From a virus, in the IMG/VR virus record IMGVR_UViG_2724679704_000001: 29,905 nucleotides of DNA; one strand, written 5' to 3'. Position numbers and translations under genes: made by a program. Shown piece after piece: positions 1 through 8,443 of the stretch. How positions within the stretch are numbered: the first letter of the stretch is position 1; the number at the start of each line of letters is the position of its first letter. The notes below the pieces were generated by a model. That model had not been told where the DNA came from. It saw only the letters and a program-made list of their open reading frames with translations, and did no database searches.

Positions 1-139
1 GAGAATCATCGCGAACCTCTGCTGCCAGTTCATACAGGCTAAGTTGTGCGCCTTCTATGAGATAGCAGCGAAATCAGTTCGGGCTAAACACGTACGAGTA
101 GTGTAATAGCCAGTAATCGCCAGAACCGTCTCCATCGTC

Positions 140-180
140 TTAACCAACAAAACTATGGATTGGCGGACTGTGTTGGTTAA
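140..180. repeat. 41-bp inverted-repeat element, copy 1 (TTAACCAACA-N21-TGTTGGTTAA)
   Basis: Perfect 10-bp arms at 140-149 and 171-180; identical arms and spacer length recur at 5932-5972. Confidence 0.85.
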
Positions 181-194
181 CACGCGAGTAGCCG

Positions 195-518
195 ATGTCC
201 TACGAACCCCCGACCCCACCGGCGACCCTCCCGACAGAGATCGTCAACACGCTCAACGAGACGAGCCCGGAGCAGCTCCAAGACGTTGCGACGTACGCTG
301 AAGCGCTCGTCGAGTACAAGGAACGAGAGGCCCGTCTCGGGAAGTCGGCAGATCAAGAGGGAGTCGAAGAGCGACCAGACGATCTTCCGGATGACGTCCC
401 TGCCAAAGCGACGATCACGATCAAGGAGATCAACGACAACCGCTACTACTACTGGCAGTGGCGAGATGGAGACAAAATCCGATCTCAGTACAAGAGCCCA
501 GTCAATCCAGACGAGTAG
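195..518 (+). CDS. Small acidic hypothetical protein of a type common on haloarchaeal mobile DNA
   Basis: 107-aa ATG ORF; helical N-terminus and C-terminal IKEINDNRYYYWQWRDGDKIRSQY beta-hairpin-like motif; starts 14 nt after the 41-bp element. Confidence 0.75.
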   Translation: MSYEPPTPPATLPTEIVNTLNETSPEQLQDVATYAEALVEYKEREARLGKSADQEGVEERPDDLPDDVPAKATITIKEINDNRYYYWQWRDGDKIRSQYKSPVNPDE

Positions 519-679
519 AATGAATTATTGACCTGATCCGAGGATCAACACACCCCATGTGCGAAGCGAAATTCGATTAGCTTGAACCAATTTCGCATGC
601 TGGTGAAGACTACATTACAACTTCTCTCAAGTAAGCCGACTGACGTACTGATATATCGTCAGAACAAAAAAAAACAGAC

Positions 680-804
680 CACCCCGGGCGTCGAGTGTAA
701 ATAGGAATTAAATGGCGTACTATGCCTTATAGACGGCGTATAGAAAAACACAGAATACGTCACCCCGAGAAACAGAGTATGACACCCCAACTGTCGAGTG
801 TAAA
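680..804 (+). promoter_or_regulatory. Two ORB-like boxes downstream of cdc6
   Basis: CACCCCGGGCGTCGAGTGTAAAT (680-702) and ACACCCCAACTGTCGAGTGTAAA (782-804) share the GTCGAGTGTAA core with the boxes upstream of cdc6. Confidence 0.7.
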
Positions 805-812
805 ATCATGAA

Positions 813-2042
813 TTATCCATTAGGAGAGAATCGCTGATCAGATTCAATCGCGCTTTGGACGACTTCTGGCTCCTCAAGGAGGTAGTAGAAATTGGTCATT
901 CCCTTCCCACGACCACGGCCAACTCGATCTGTAACACCAAGAATATCGAGAAAGGCCTGTTCGTTCAACCGATCAGACATCCGCCGTTGTGAGAGTGGGT
1001 CAATTTCTAGCGATTCAGTGAGTTGCTCATACCGTTCATAGATTTCACGTGTGGGGAATTCTTCCTGCTTGTTCCCGTCTGCAATCAATGAAAGAGCATA
1101 CACTGCGGCTTTTGATTGTGTTGGCTGGTCTTGAAGCAACTTCGAGAATCGATCGATATCTGCTTTTTCTCGCGCATTTCGCACATGTTCTTCCTGGACA
1201 ACTTCGCTATCATCGTCTTTCGCGAGTTCACCAGCATTTCGAAGAATATCGAGGGCTTTTCGAGCGTCACCATGTTCCTGTGCGGCGAACGCAGCCGCAA
1301 GAGGAATTACATCATCGGTGAGAGCTCCTTCGCGAAACGCATCTTGACGATGGCGCATAATTTCGCGGAGCTGGTTTGCGTCGTAGGGCGGAAAAATAAA
1401 CTCACGCTCTTGGAGACTACTCAAAACTCGCTCATCCAGAGAATCTTTAAATGAGATTTTATTGCTGATCGCGAGGATTCCGACCTTACATGAGTCAATC
1501 TTTCCAGCTTCCCCAGCTCTGGAGAGCTGCATTAGCACGTTGTTCTCTTGGAGTTTGTCGACTTCATCGAGAATGATGATGACGACGTCGTGGAGGCTAT
1601 CGAGAATCTGCCAAAGACGATCGTAGTATACATTCGTCGATAACCCCGAAAGGGGTACAGAGATATTTGTTTCATTTGGTCGATTGAATGTTCGGGCGAG
1701 TTTGATAACAACCTGAGTCTCCGTCGTTGCTTGAGTACAATCGATATATGCGCGATCGAGTCTCGTACCCTGCTCGTGGGAGAAGTCTTCAGCACTCTGG
1801 GTAACGTGTTTAGCTACAAGACTTTTTCCAGTCCCTGTCTTTCCGTAAATTAGCGTGTTTCTAGGCTTTCCACCCCTGATTGCAGGATGGATACTATTGG
1901 CGAGATTAGATATCTCATCCTCGCGGCCAATAATCCGTTCCTCGTCTGGAATATGTTCGATGTCGAGGAGTTCTTTGTTCGCAAAAACCGGATCCTCGCT
2001 TTCCCAAATTGAGTCGAGAGAACTCTGTTTCTCGTTACTCAT
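813..2042 (-). CDS. cdc6: Orc1/Cdc6 replication initiator (AAA+ plus winged helix)
   Basis: 409 aa; IIGREDEI, Walker A GKTGTGKS, Walker B ILDEVD, FPPYDANQL, GDARKALDILRNAGELA, C-terminal wHTH with GRGRG wing. Confidence 0.97.
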   Translation of the reverse strand: MSNEKQSSLDSIWESEDPVFANKELLDIEHIPDEERIIGREDEISNLANSIHPAIRGGKPRNTLIYGKTGTGKSLVAKHVTQSAEDFSHEQGTRLDRAYIDCTQATTETQVVIKLARTFNRPNETNISVPLSGLSTNVYYDRLWQILDSLHDVVIIILDEVDKLQENNVLMQLSRAGEAGKIDSCKVGILAISNKISFKDSLDERVLSSLQEREFIFPPYDANQLREIMRHRQDAFREGALTDDVIPLAAAFAAQEHGDARKALDILRNAGELAKDDDSEVVQEEHVRNAREKADIDRFSKLLQDQPTQSKAAVYALSLIADGNKQEEFPTREIYERYEQLTESLEIDPLSQRRMSDRLNEQAFLDILGVTDRVGRGRGKGMTNFYYLLEEPEVVQSAIESDQRFSPNG

Positions 2043-2074
2043 TTGAGTAATCGACCTCGGGGCGTCCGGCGCAT

Positions 2075-2733
2075 ATTACACACGACGGTCGGTGTGATAT
2101 ATAAAACTATGTCTTTATCACACACCACCTGTCGAGTGTAAATGCTGAAATACACCATTTGTAAGGTCTAGGAGATTGGAATAGCAAAGTGTATTTCAAA
2201 AAGAAGAAATATCTAATGGCTCCCCGGTCGTCGAGTGTAACGCAATAGTTCACGATGTCTGCTGTTAGCGAGGAAGCTACGTCCCCGAAGACACACACCC
2301 CGGGTGTCGAGTGTAAATTGATAAGATGGTAGGTCACTCCCCGGTAGTCTATCCGGTTTCTACTATTATTAGACGCCGATTTCACGAGGGAGAGTTCTTC
2401 AGACATCGATTTATAGTAGTTTTACTACTACTATCTACATATAGTATATATATTTTATTATATAGGCAACAAATAACAGAGAATTAGACAGTACAAGTAT
2501 TTTTGAGCCAGTGTAGATTCTAAGAATACATCTTTTATATAGCCCTCGTGAAAGCAGGATGGAGTCTTTTGACGAACTGTAAAGTTAGTAGAAACTGCGA
2601 CAGAATCCTAGTTTTAGCCGCTCACAGTCTATCTATATCGGTATTAAACGTATTTTCACGTACTCAAACAACCGTTTAATAGGCACCAGACAGCTACCAT
2701 AGACGATTTACACTCGACACCCGGGGTGTGTGT
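2075..2733. promoter_or_regulatory. Replication origin (oriC): ORB-like boxes and AT-rich DUE
   Basis: Boxes at 2075-2097 (reverse, degenerate), 2118-2143, 2222-2240, 2291-2318 and 2706-2733 (reverse). The last two are a perfect 28-bp inverted pair (ACACACACCCCGGGTGTCGAGTGTAAAT) with G-strings, flanking an AT-rich tract at about 2410-2470; adjacent to cdc6. Confidence 0.88.
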
Positions 2734-2861
2734 GGTACCGCCCACAATTTGTGAATAGCTTCGGTGCCAAACCGGGGCATTCGTCTCGACAGTCTTTGAT
2801 ATTCTCTTTACGTCAAAGCGCGAGACTTCCTCCTCAATTTTCCGTAGCCCAATAGCGACGA

Positions 2862-2871
2862 AGTATTATAT
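2862..2871 (+). promoter_or_regulatory. TATA box of a probably leaderless helicase transcript
   Basis: AGTATTATAT preceded by a purine-rich BRE-like stretch, about 25-30 nt before the ATG at 2896. Confidence 0.5.
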
Positions 2872-2895
2872 GCTGTCAAGAGAGCATGTTACTCA

Positions 2896-5115
2896 ATGTC
2901 TCTGTTGTTTGAGTATGCCGCCGACCAGTTCTCGCTTACTGATGCTGTCCTCCATACTGCCTCCAAAACGACGCTTTCCGAGACAACTGACCATATTCCA
3001 GTCCGCCCTATCGCCACATTTGCGAGCCATCACGACGAACTCTCCCATCCTGACCGGGATTGGACATGTATCCCGTTACACGGGCTCGACAACGCGACGC
3101 CGACCGAGGAGTTCGTTGCCTACACTGACCACGAGGTACGTGGCGAGATCTTCCTCGTTGAGCGAGACGGTGATGTGAAACCGATTGCCGCTGACGAGTT
3201 TGGCGGCACGCAACTTGCGAATCGAATTCGGTTCTGGCATTCGGATTATCTTCCGGAGACGTACCCACCAGGGTACGATGCTCCGATTGACGACCACGAA
3301 GATCCGACACATCCAGTGGAAGACGCCGACTTACTCGCAGAGTTTCGGGACTATATTGCCGATGAGCGTGCGGCGACGAGAGCAAGTAACGAGACGCAAG
3401 CTCGCAATCTCTCAGCACGAGCGCTGTACGAACGCGGTGAATCCGCCATTCCCCAACTGCTGTGTCGTGGCGAAGAAAACGGTGAATACCGCTTCCGAGT
3501 CGATCTCGATCCACGGCTCGAAGACCGTCGCGATGACGACTGGGCTTACTTTGTCGAAAGCGAGTTCGGCATTTACCAAGATAACGAGGTTCTGATTCAT
3601 GCTGACGCTGACGACGCACCTGATTCATTCCCGGTTGCTGCCGAAGTTGAACGCGTCCGTGGGCTGAATGTCTGGCTCACGCTCGAGTGGGAGACCGTCG
3701 ATACTACGGGAACAGTCAGCGCCTATCTAGAGGGCGATCATACGATCGGGTGTTCCGAACGGCTCAATCCAGTTCCCTTCGATCGCGAACTCACCGCCAT
3801 TGAGTCCTTACGAGATGATTCCTTCCACGAGGTGCTTGTCGGCGATCGCCCGCTTACATTCTCGAATGAGGCTGCCGCACTGAGCGAATCGTTTGATGAC
3901 GATCTCAACCAAGAACAGCAGCTCGCTGTCGAGTATGCCCTCCTCGCCGATGAGCTCTTCTGTATTCACGGGCCGCCGGGCACAGGGAAAACAAGGACAC
4001 TCGTCGAAATTATCCGTCGCGCTGTTGACGCTGGCGAGGATGTGCTTGTTTGTACGGATTCGAACCAGGCGCTAGACAACCTCGTCGCCGGCAACTCGAC
4101 ACGTAGTGATCTTGATGCTGGGTCACTCCATGCCTACGGACAACACGGATCCGGCGAGTTCACTCTTGACCGCGTCAACGCCGAGCGGTCGACGCATGAT
4201 GCCCTCCGGGAGAGCTACCAAGATGTTGCTGAAAGAGCTGAGGTTGTCGCAGCGACCAACAGCAGTGCAGCCACGCTCGCCCGTGAGTTCGACCTCCTCG
4301 TTCTTGATGAAGCGACGCAGTCGACCTGTACCGCATCGTGTATTCCACTTGCCCGCGTCGACCGAGCTGTTCTTGCGGGTGATCACGAACAACTCCCACC
4401 GTTCAGTGCGACAGACGATCCACCCGATTCTGGATATGGACTCTCACTGTTTGAACACCTCTACGCCGACGGTGGCGTCTATGAAGGTATTGGCCTCCAA
4501 CTGAAGACCCAATATCGGATGCACCCCGACATTGCCTACTTTTCCAACCGCGAGTTCTACGATGGGTCGCTCCGAACCGGCCGCGTCGTCACCCCGCTTG
4601 CTGACACGCCAGCGATTGAAGGCTACAATATCGGTGGTTCGGTCGATATCGTCGACCACTCCCGGGCCAACAAGGCTGAAGCACGTCTTGTCGTTCACCT
4701 TATTCAGACTACTCTTGAAGATGTTCCACCAGAAGAGATCGGTGTGATCACACCGTACGCTGCCCATGCTCGACTACTCCGTGACCAACTCAACGATCAC
4801 GTCGACCACGCGACCGCGATCACTGTCGACACTATCGATTCCTTCCAAGGCAGCGAGAAGACTGCTGTCATCATTTCGCTTGTTCGGAGTAATGCCGACG
4901 GTGACATCGGCTTTCTCGGTCGCGCCAACGACGGACCGCGACGGCTCAATGTTGCTCTCACTCGGGCTAAGCGGTACTGTGCGGTCGTTGGCGATTTTCA
5001 CACCCTTCGATACGACACTGATGGGAAGTGTACGGAACTTTACCGGGACTTCAGGAATCACTTCGAATCGACCGGTCGCCTGAACGACGTCGACCCGGCA
5101 TTCCTCGGAGTGTAG
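2896..5115 (+). CDS. SF1 helicase, Upf1/DNA2/NAM7-like (AAA_11/AAA_12), with unassigned N-terminal region
   Basis: GPPGTGKT, LVLDEATQ, GDHEQLPP, QYRMHPDI, TIDSFQGSEK, RRLNVALTRAK. Confidence 0.92.
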   Translation: MSLLFEYAADQFSLTDAVLHTASKTTLSETTDHIPVRPIATFASHHDELSHPDRDWTCIPLHGLDNATPTEEFVAYTDHEVRGEIFLVERDGDVKPIAADEFGGTQLANRIRFWHSDYLPETYPPGYDAPIDDHEDPTHPVEDADLLAEFRDYIADERAATRASNETQARNLSARALYERGESAIPQLLCRGEENGEYRFRVDLDPRLEDRRDDDWAYFVESEFGIYQDNEVLIHADADDAPDSFPVAAEVERVRGLNVWLTLEWETVDTTGTVSAYLEGDHTIGCSERLNPVPFDRELTAIESLRDDSFHEVLVGDRPLTFSNEAAALSESFDDDLNQEQQLAVEYALLADELFCIHGPPGTGKTRTLVEIIRRAVDAGEDVLVCTDSNQALDNLVAGNSTRSDLDAGSLHAYGQHGSGEFTLDRVNAERSTHDALRESYQDVAERAEVVAATNSSAATLAREFDLLVLDEATQSTCTASCIPLARVDRAVLAGDHEQLPPFSATDDPPDSGYGLSLFEHLYADGGVYEGIGLQLKTQYRMHPDIAYFSNREFYDGSLRTGRVVTPLADTPAIEGYNIGGSVDIVDHSRANKAEARLVVHLIQTTLEDVPPEEIGVITPYAAHARLLRDQLNDHVDHATAITVDTIDSFQGSEKTAVIISLVRSNADGDIGFLGRANDGPRRLNVALTRAKRYCAVVGDFHTLRYDTDGKCTELYRDFRNHFESTGRLNDVDPAFLGV

Positions 5116-5323
5116 CTGCGTCGGTGCTGGCATATCGTGGTGGGGCCTGATACGCTGCTAGTGCTTTCGGAGGGTAATCGTGGGTGACAGCATCCATACT
5201 CTGGAGAGCTGTTTCGTTCACCTCGCTCAGTTCATAGACCACGAGAGTGTCTGACAAAGAGTTAGATGACTCCCGGTAGTAGTGGAACGTAGCGAGTCGA
5301 GTAAATACGCCTCACGTGAACTC

Positions 5324-5491
5324 ATGACAGCAAACAACTCCGTGCTGGGTAGTTGCCCGCAGTGTGGCCATGAGATTAGTGAGGTGTGGGTGATGATCGA
5401 ATACGAGACTACCGAGGGTGAGGCAGGAGTCTGGGCAGAGTGTCCCAACTGCGAAACGATTGTAGATCCGATACACGACAAGCCAAAATGA
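5324..5491 (+). CDS. Small zinc-ribbon protein (CPQC...CPNC)
   Basis: 55 aa from ATG 5324; two CxxC pairs, typical haloarchaeal small zinc finger. Confidence 0.75.
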   Translation: MTANNSVLGSCPQCGHEISEVWVMIEYETTEGEAGVWAECPNCETIVDPIHDKPK

Positions 5492-5526
5492 AGCGGCGAA
5501 GCTAGACTGTTCTCGATCCCGACGAT

Positions 5527-5808
5527 TCAGCCGTTGTACTCAATGTAATCGGCTTCCCAGTCTGTTCGCGCCTCGATTTCTCTGGTTCCTCGGCGAGTAG
5601 TAGTGTACTCGTTAGTTCGTCGATCGCGTTGACCTTTCTCGACAAGTCCCTTCTCAACGAGCGTGTCGAGATTCGGATAGAGCCGCCCATGGTGAATCTC
5701 TTTCTCGTAATAATCTTCGAGCTCATCCTTGATGGCGAGCCCATGTGGATCATCGAGGCCGGCAATTACGTACAGCAAATCGCGCTGAAAGCCTGTGAGA
5801 TCATACAT
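5527..5808 (-). CDS. PadR-family winged-helix transcriptional regulator
   Basis: LTGFQRDLL...HGLAIKDELE...HGRLYPNLDTLVEKGLVEKG..DRRTNEYT, the usual haloarchaeal PadR-like pattern. Confidence 0.9.
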   Translation of the reverse strand: MYDLTGFQRDLLYVIAGLDDPHGLAIKDELEDYYEKEIHHGRLYPNLDTLVEKGLVEKGQRDRRTNEYTTTRRGTREIEARTDWEADYIEYNG

Positions 5809-5931
5809 ACTCTCTCCTACGTATTTAGGTTTTGAAATAATTACTGATCTTCGAAATGTTGTCCTAATAATGACTTCTTAGTCAGTATCGAACGCATTGG
5901 AGTAGGAGCTTAGGCGACCATGATATCAGAA

Positions 5932-5972
5932 TTAACCAACACTCACGGTTAATCCACAGCTCTGTTGGTTAA
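5932..5972. repeat. 41-bp inverted-repeat element, copy 2 (spacer inverted relative to copy 1)
   Basis: TTAACCAACA (5932-5941), 21-nt spacer, TGTTGGTTAA (5963-5972); the reverse complement of this spacer shares CTnTGGATT with copy 1. Confidence 0.85.
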
Positions 5973-6055
5973 CGTCATCCGGCCGCTGTGATAATGTGAG
6001 AGATCTATCCTGCCGGGCATCGACCCTTAAGATTCGCCAGACCGAAGGACTGCGT

Positions 6056-6448
6056 ATGCTACGGTAGGTTCTCGGTGCGCTCGGCGGTCTCACGGCGCTC
6101 GCTCCGAACCGGATCGTGGAGGTATTCGAAACGATTGCGGTCAAGAACCCTGAGGGAAACACCGTCCATCCGTGATTTAGTCTTCTGGTCCGGGTAGAAT
6201 GAGCAGTGCTCACGCTTGCTACGCTCTGTGATGGCCGCCTCTATGCGTGGCTGCTGAAAGTCACCGGAATCGTTGGTGCTGTCTTACTGTTCATTCCAGG
6301 GCTGTACGAGCAAATTGTGGGACCACTCGTGTATGAAGACCCGAAATCGGTAGAATAGAATGAGCATCTCACCGACGGTGTCCGCGTGATTGGCATTGCG
6401 TATGTGCTCCCCACGTTTTTGGACCGTCGACGTCGAAACGGGGCATGA
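6056..6448 (+). pseudogene. Pseudogene of a small membrane protein, four in-frame stops, no frameshift
   Basis: One frame from ATG 6056 reads MLR*VLGALGGLTALAPNRIVEVFETIAVKNPEGNTVHP*FSLLVRVE*AVLTLATLCDGRLYAWLLKVTGIVGAVLLFIPGLYEQIVGPLVYEDPKSVE*NEHLTDGVRVIGIAYVLPTFLDRRRRNGA*; its terminal TGA overlaps the SDR start (ATGA 6445-6448). Confidence 0.7.
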
Positions 6449-7332
6449 CAAACGACCTCTCCGACCGCACGATCCTTCTCACCGGTGGAACGAGCGGATT
6501 CGGGCGAGTGGCAGCGATTGACCTCGCACAACGAGGTGCGACCGTCGCAGTCGTTGGCCGCGACGAGTCGAAGGGAGCCACCCTCACAGAACAGTCCGAA
6601 GACTTTGCCGGAACAATCGCGTTCCATCAGGCTGATCTCGCCTCCCAATCCACCATCCGGTCTCTCGCAGCAACCGTGAAACGCAAGTACGATCCGATCG
6701 ATGTCCTCGCTCACAACGCCGGACTCTCGGCCGGGTCACGGCGTGAGAGTCCGGATGGAATCGAAATCACGCTCGCGGTGAACCACTTGGCCCCCTACCT
6801 TCTAACACACGAATTACTCGACCATCTCCGTGACGCACCCGATCCGCGTGTTGTCGTCACTGCCTCGGACATCCATCGGCGGGCGACACTCGATCTGGAC
6901 GACTTACAGTTGACGGACGAGTACGACTCACTCGACGCGTACGCTCGCTCGAAGCTGGCGAACATCGCGTTCACGGTCGAACTTGATGACCGGCTCCCGG
7001 AAGACTCCGCAGTCACGGTCAACTGCGTTCATCCGGGGTTCGTTCCGTCGACGGACCTGTTCCGCGAGGCGTCGCTCCGAACGCGACTGCTGGTTCGGAT
7101 CGCGGGGTTGGTTCCGGGTGTCGCTACCTCAAAACAGGCAGCCGCCGAACGCCTCCAAACGCTCCTTGTGGAGCCGACGTACGGCTCTATGAGTGGCCAA
7201 TATATCGGCAGCGATGGTCCCGTTGACCCCGCGCCCGAGGCGACGAACAAGACTGTGCGACGGCGGCTTTGGCGAATGAGTGCCGAACTGGTTGGCATTA
7301 CACCCGACTGGCCAACGTCTAAACTCAATTAA
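6445..7332 (+). CDS. Short-chain dehydrogenase/reductase (retinol-dehydrogenase-like)
   Basis: TGGTSGFG Rossmann motif, HNAG, VNHLAPYLLT, catalytic YARSK, VHPGFV. Confidence 0.93.
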   Translation: MTNDLSDRTILLTGGTSGFGRVAAIDLAQRGATVAVVGRDESKGATLTEQSEDFAGTIAFHQADLASQSTIRSLAATVKRKYDPIDVLAHNAGLSAGSRRESPDGIEITLAVNHLAPYLLTHELLDHLRDAPDPRVVVTASDIHRRATLDLDDLQLTDEYDSLDAYARSKLANIAFTVELDDRLPEDSAVTVNCVHPGFVPSTDLFREASLRTRLLVRIAGLVPGVATSKQAAAERLQTLLVEPTYGSMSGQYIGSDGPVDPAPEATNKTVRRRLWRMSAELVGITPDWPTSKLN

Positions 7333-7428
7333 ATGGAGTTGTCAGAATAAGGATCCTGGTTGGTCAAACAGGTTATCTATTCACTTTTTCATCTCAATTT
7401 ATCTTACTACTCCTAGATTTCTTTTTGA

Positions 7429-7746
7429 CTACTCTCGCCGACTCGAAGCTGGCGGATGGTAGGCTCGGTCCACAATATCATCTACCTGTATCTGTGTATC
7501 ATCCGTGACTCGTACCTCTTCTTCGGGTTCACAATAGACGACTTTCATATCGAAATGCGGTAGAAGGTCTTCTTCAAGTTCTGACTGTGGCTCATGTTTT
7601 ATTTTGAATTTATTTCCCACATCAAAACAGCGCCCTCTCATTCCTTCTTTTATCTCGTCTTTTGCCTCCTCGGTGAAGTGTGCTTCTTGACCAAAACTCT
7701 GGCATACTTGGATGAACTCGGCTTCCGAGATTGATCTTTTTCCCAT
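7429..7746 (-). CDS. Hypothetical protein in an AT-rich patch
   Basis: Acidic 105-aa frame from ATG 7746 (MGKRSISEAEF...); the upstream extension in the ORF track looks non-coding. Confidence 0.55.
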   Translation of the reverse strand: MGKRSISEAEFIQVCQSFGQEAHFTEEAKDEIKEGMRGRCFDVGNKFKIKHEPQSELEEDLLPHFDMKVVYCEPEEEVRVTDDTQIQVDDIVDRAYHPPASSRRE

Positions 7747-8443
7747 TGAGTAGATTTGGCACTGCGAATAAAAAACTGTAAGGATGTCTACCTTATCGTA
7801 AAGGAAGCGGCCGAGCGAGGGGTAGGTTGGTGAGTTAACGATGCTCAATCGATGGTTGAGAAGGCTCGCCAGCAGGAAGGAAGTATTTTCCCGTGAGGAC
7901 ACGCCGACGAAGCAGCATGTCCTCGCGGCGTCTTTGTAACATATAGCCCCTCATACCGGCGAATCGAACCGTTTGCCGACCACTCGTCTGAGGCGACCTG
8001 ACAGTGGTTCCATCGGCTGAAGCACTTTTTCGAGCCGGACTGTCTGATCGGAAATAAGTTGCCGTCGATGAGACGAAAACCGATATCGACAGCACCGAAC
8101 ACTACGTCTAGGCGTCAGTACTTGCTATCGAAGTCTCTCCAAGCCGATCAAGCCTCAATGCTCTTTTATTTTGAAGAGAGTTCCCGAACGGTACCGCGGT
8201 CGCCCGCTGTTGTGTGCCGACCGCGGGCCCTAGTACGACTGGCTGCTCGAATTCTTAGACTGCGAACACGAGCGTGAGACGTGAGGAAATCTGTTGTTCA
8301 TCGACTCGTGGTTCGGGATCTTCAAATCCCGAACCAGACACTTTTACCACCGATTTCTCTTCTACACCACCGCCAGCTCAACCAGATCGTGGCTTATAGC
8401 CCTCGCCGCTCTCCGCAATGTGACGCTCTAAGCTTAATACCCT

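Noticed and set aside
566-596. GCGAAATT/AATTTCGC hairpin after ORF 195-518
   Set aside because: 8-bp arms with a long loop; could be chance or a weak terminator, with no further support.
680-2733. CRISPR array
   Set aside because: Repeats are irregularly spaced, in both orientations, and flank cdc6; they fit ORBs. No CRISPR array, cas gene, tRNA or rRNA was recognised anywhere in the window.
3008-3628. 206-aa minus-strand ORF
   Set aside because: Arg-rich shadow of the SF1 helicase.
5932-6213. Minus-strand 93-aa ORF, or an IS200/IS605 tnpB 3' remnant
   Set aside because: Not acidic, no RuvC or zinc-finger motifs; better explained as antisense to the plus-strand pseudogene.
7835-8277. Several 70-90 aa ORFs between the orphan gene and the Cdc48-N gene
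   Set aside because: None is acidic or carries a recognisable motif; could be a decayed gene but I cannot support a call.
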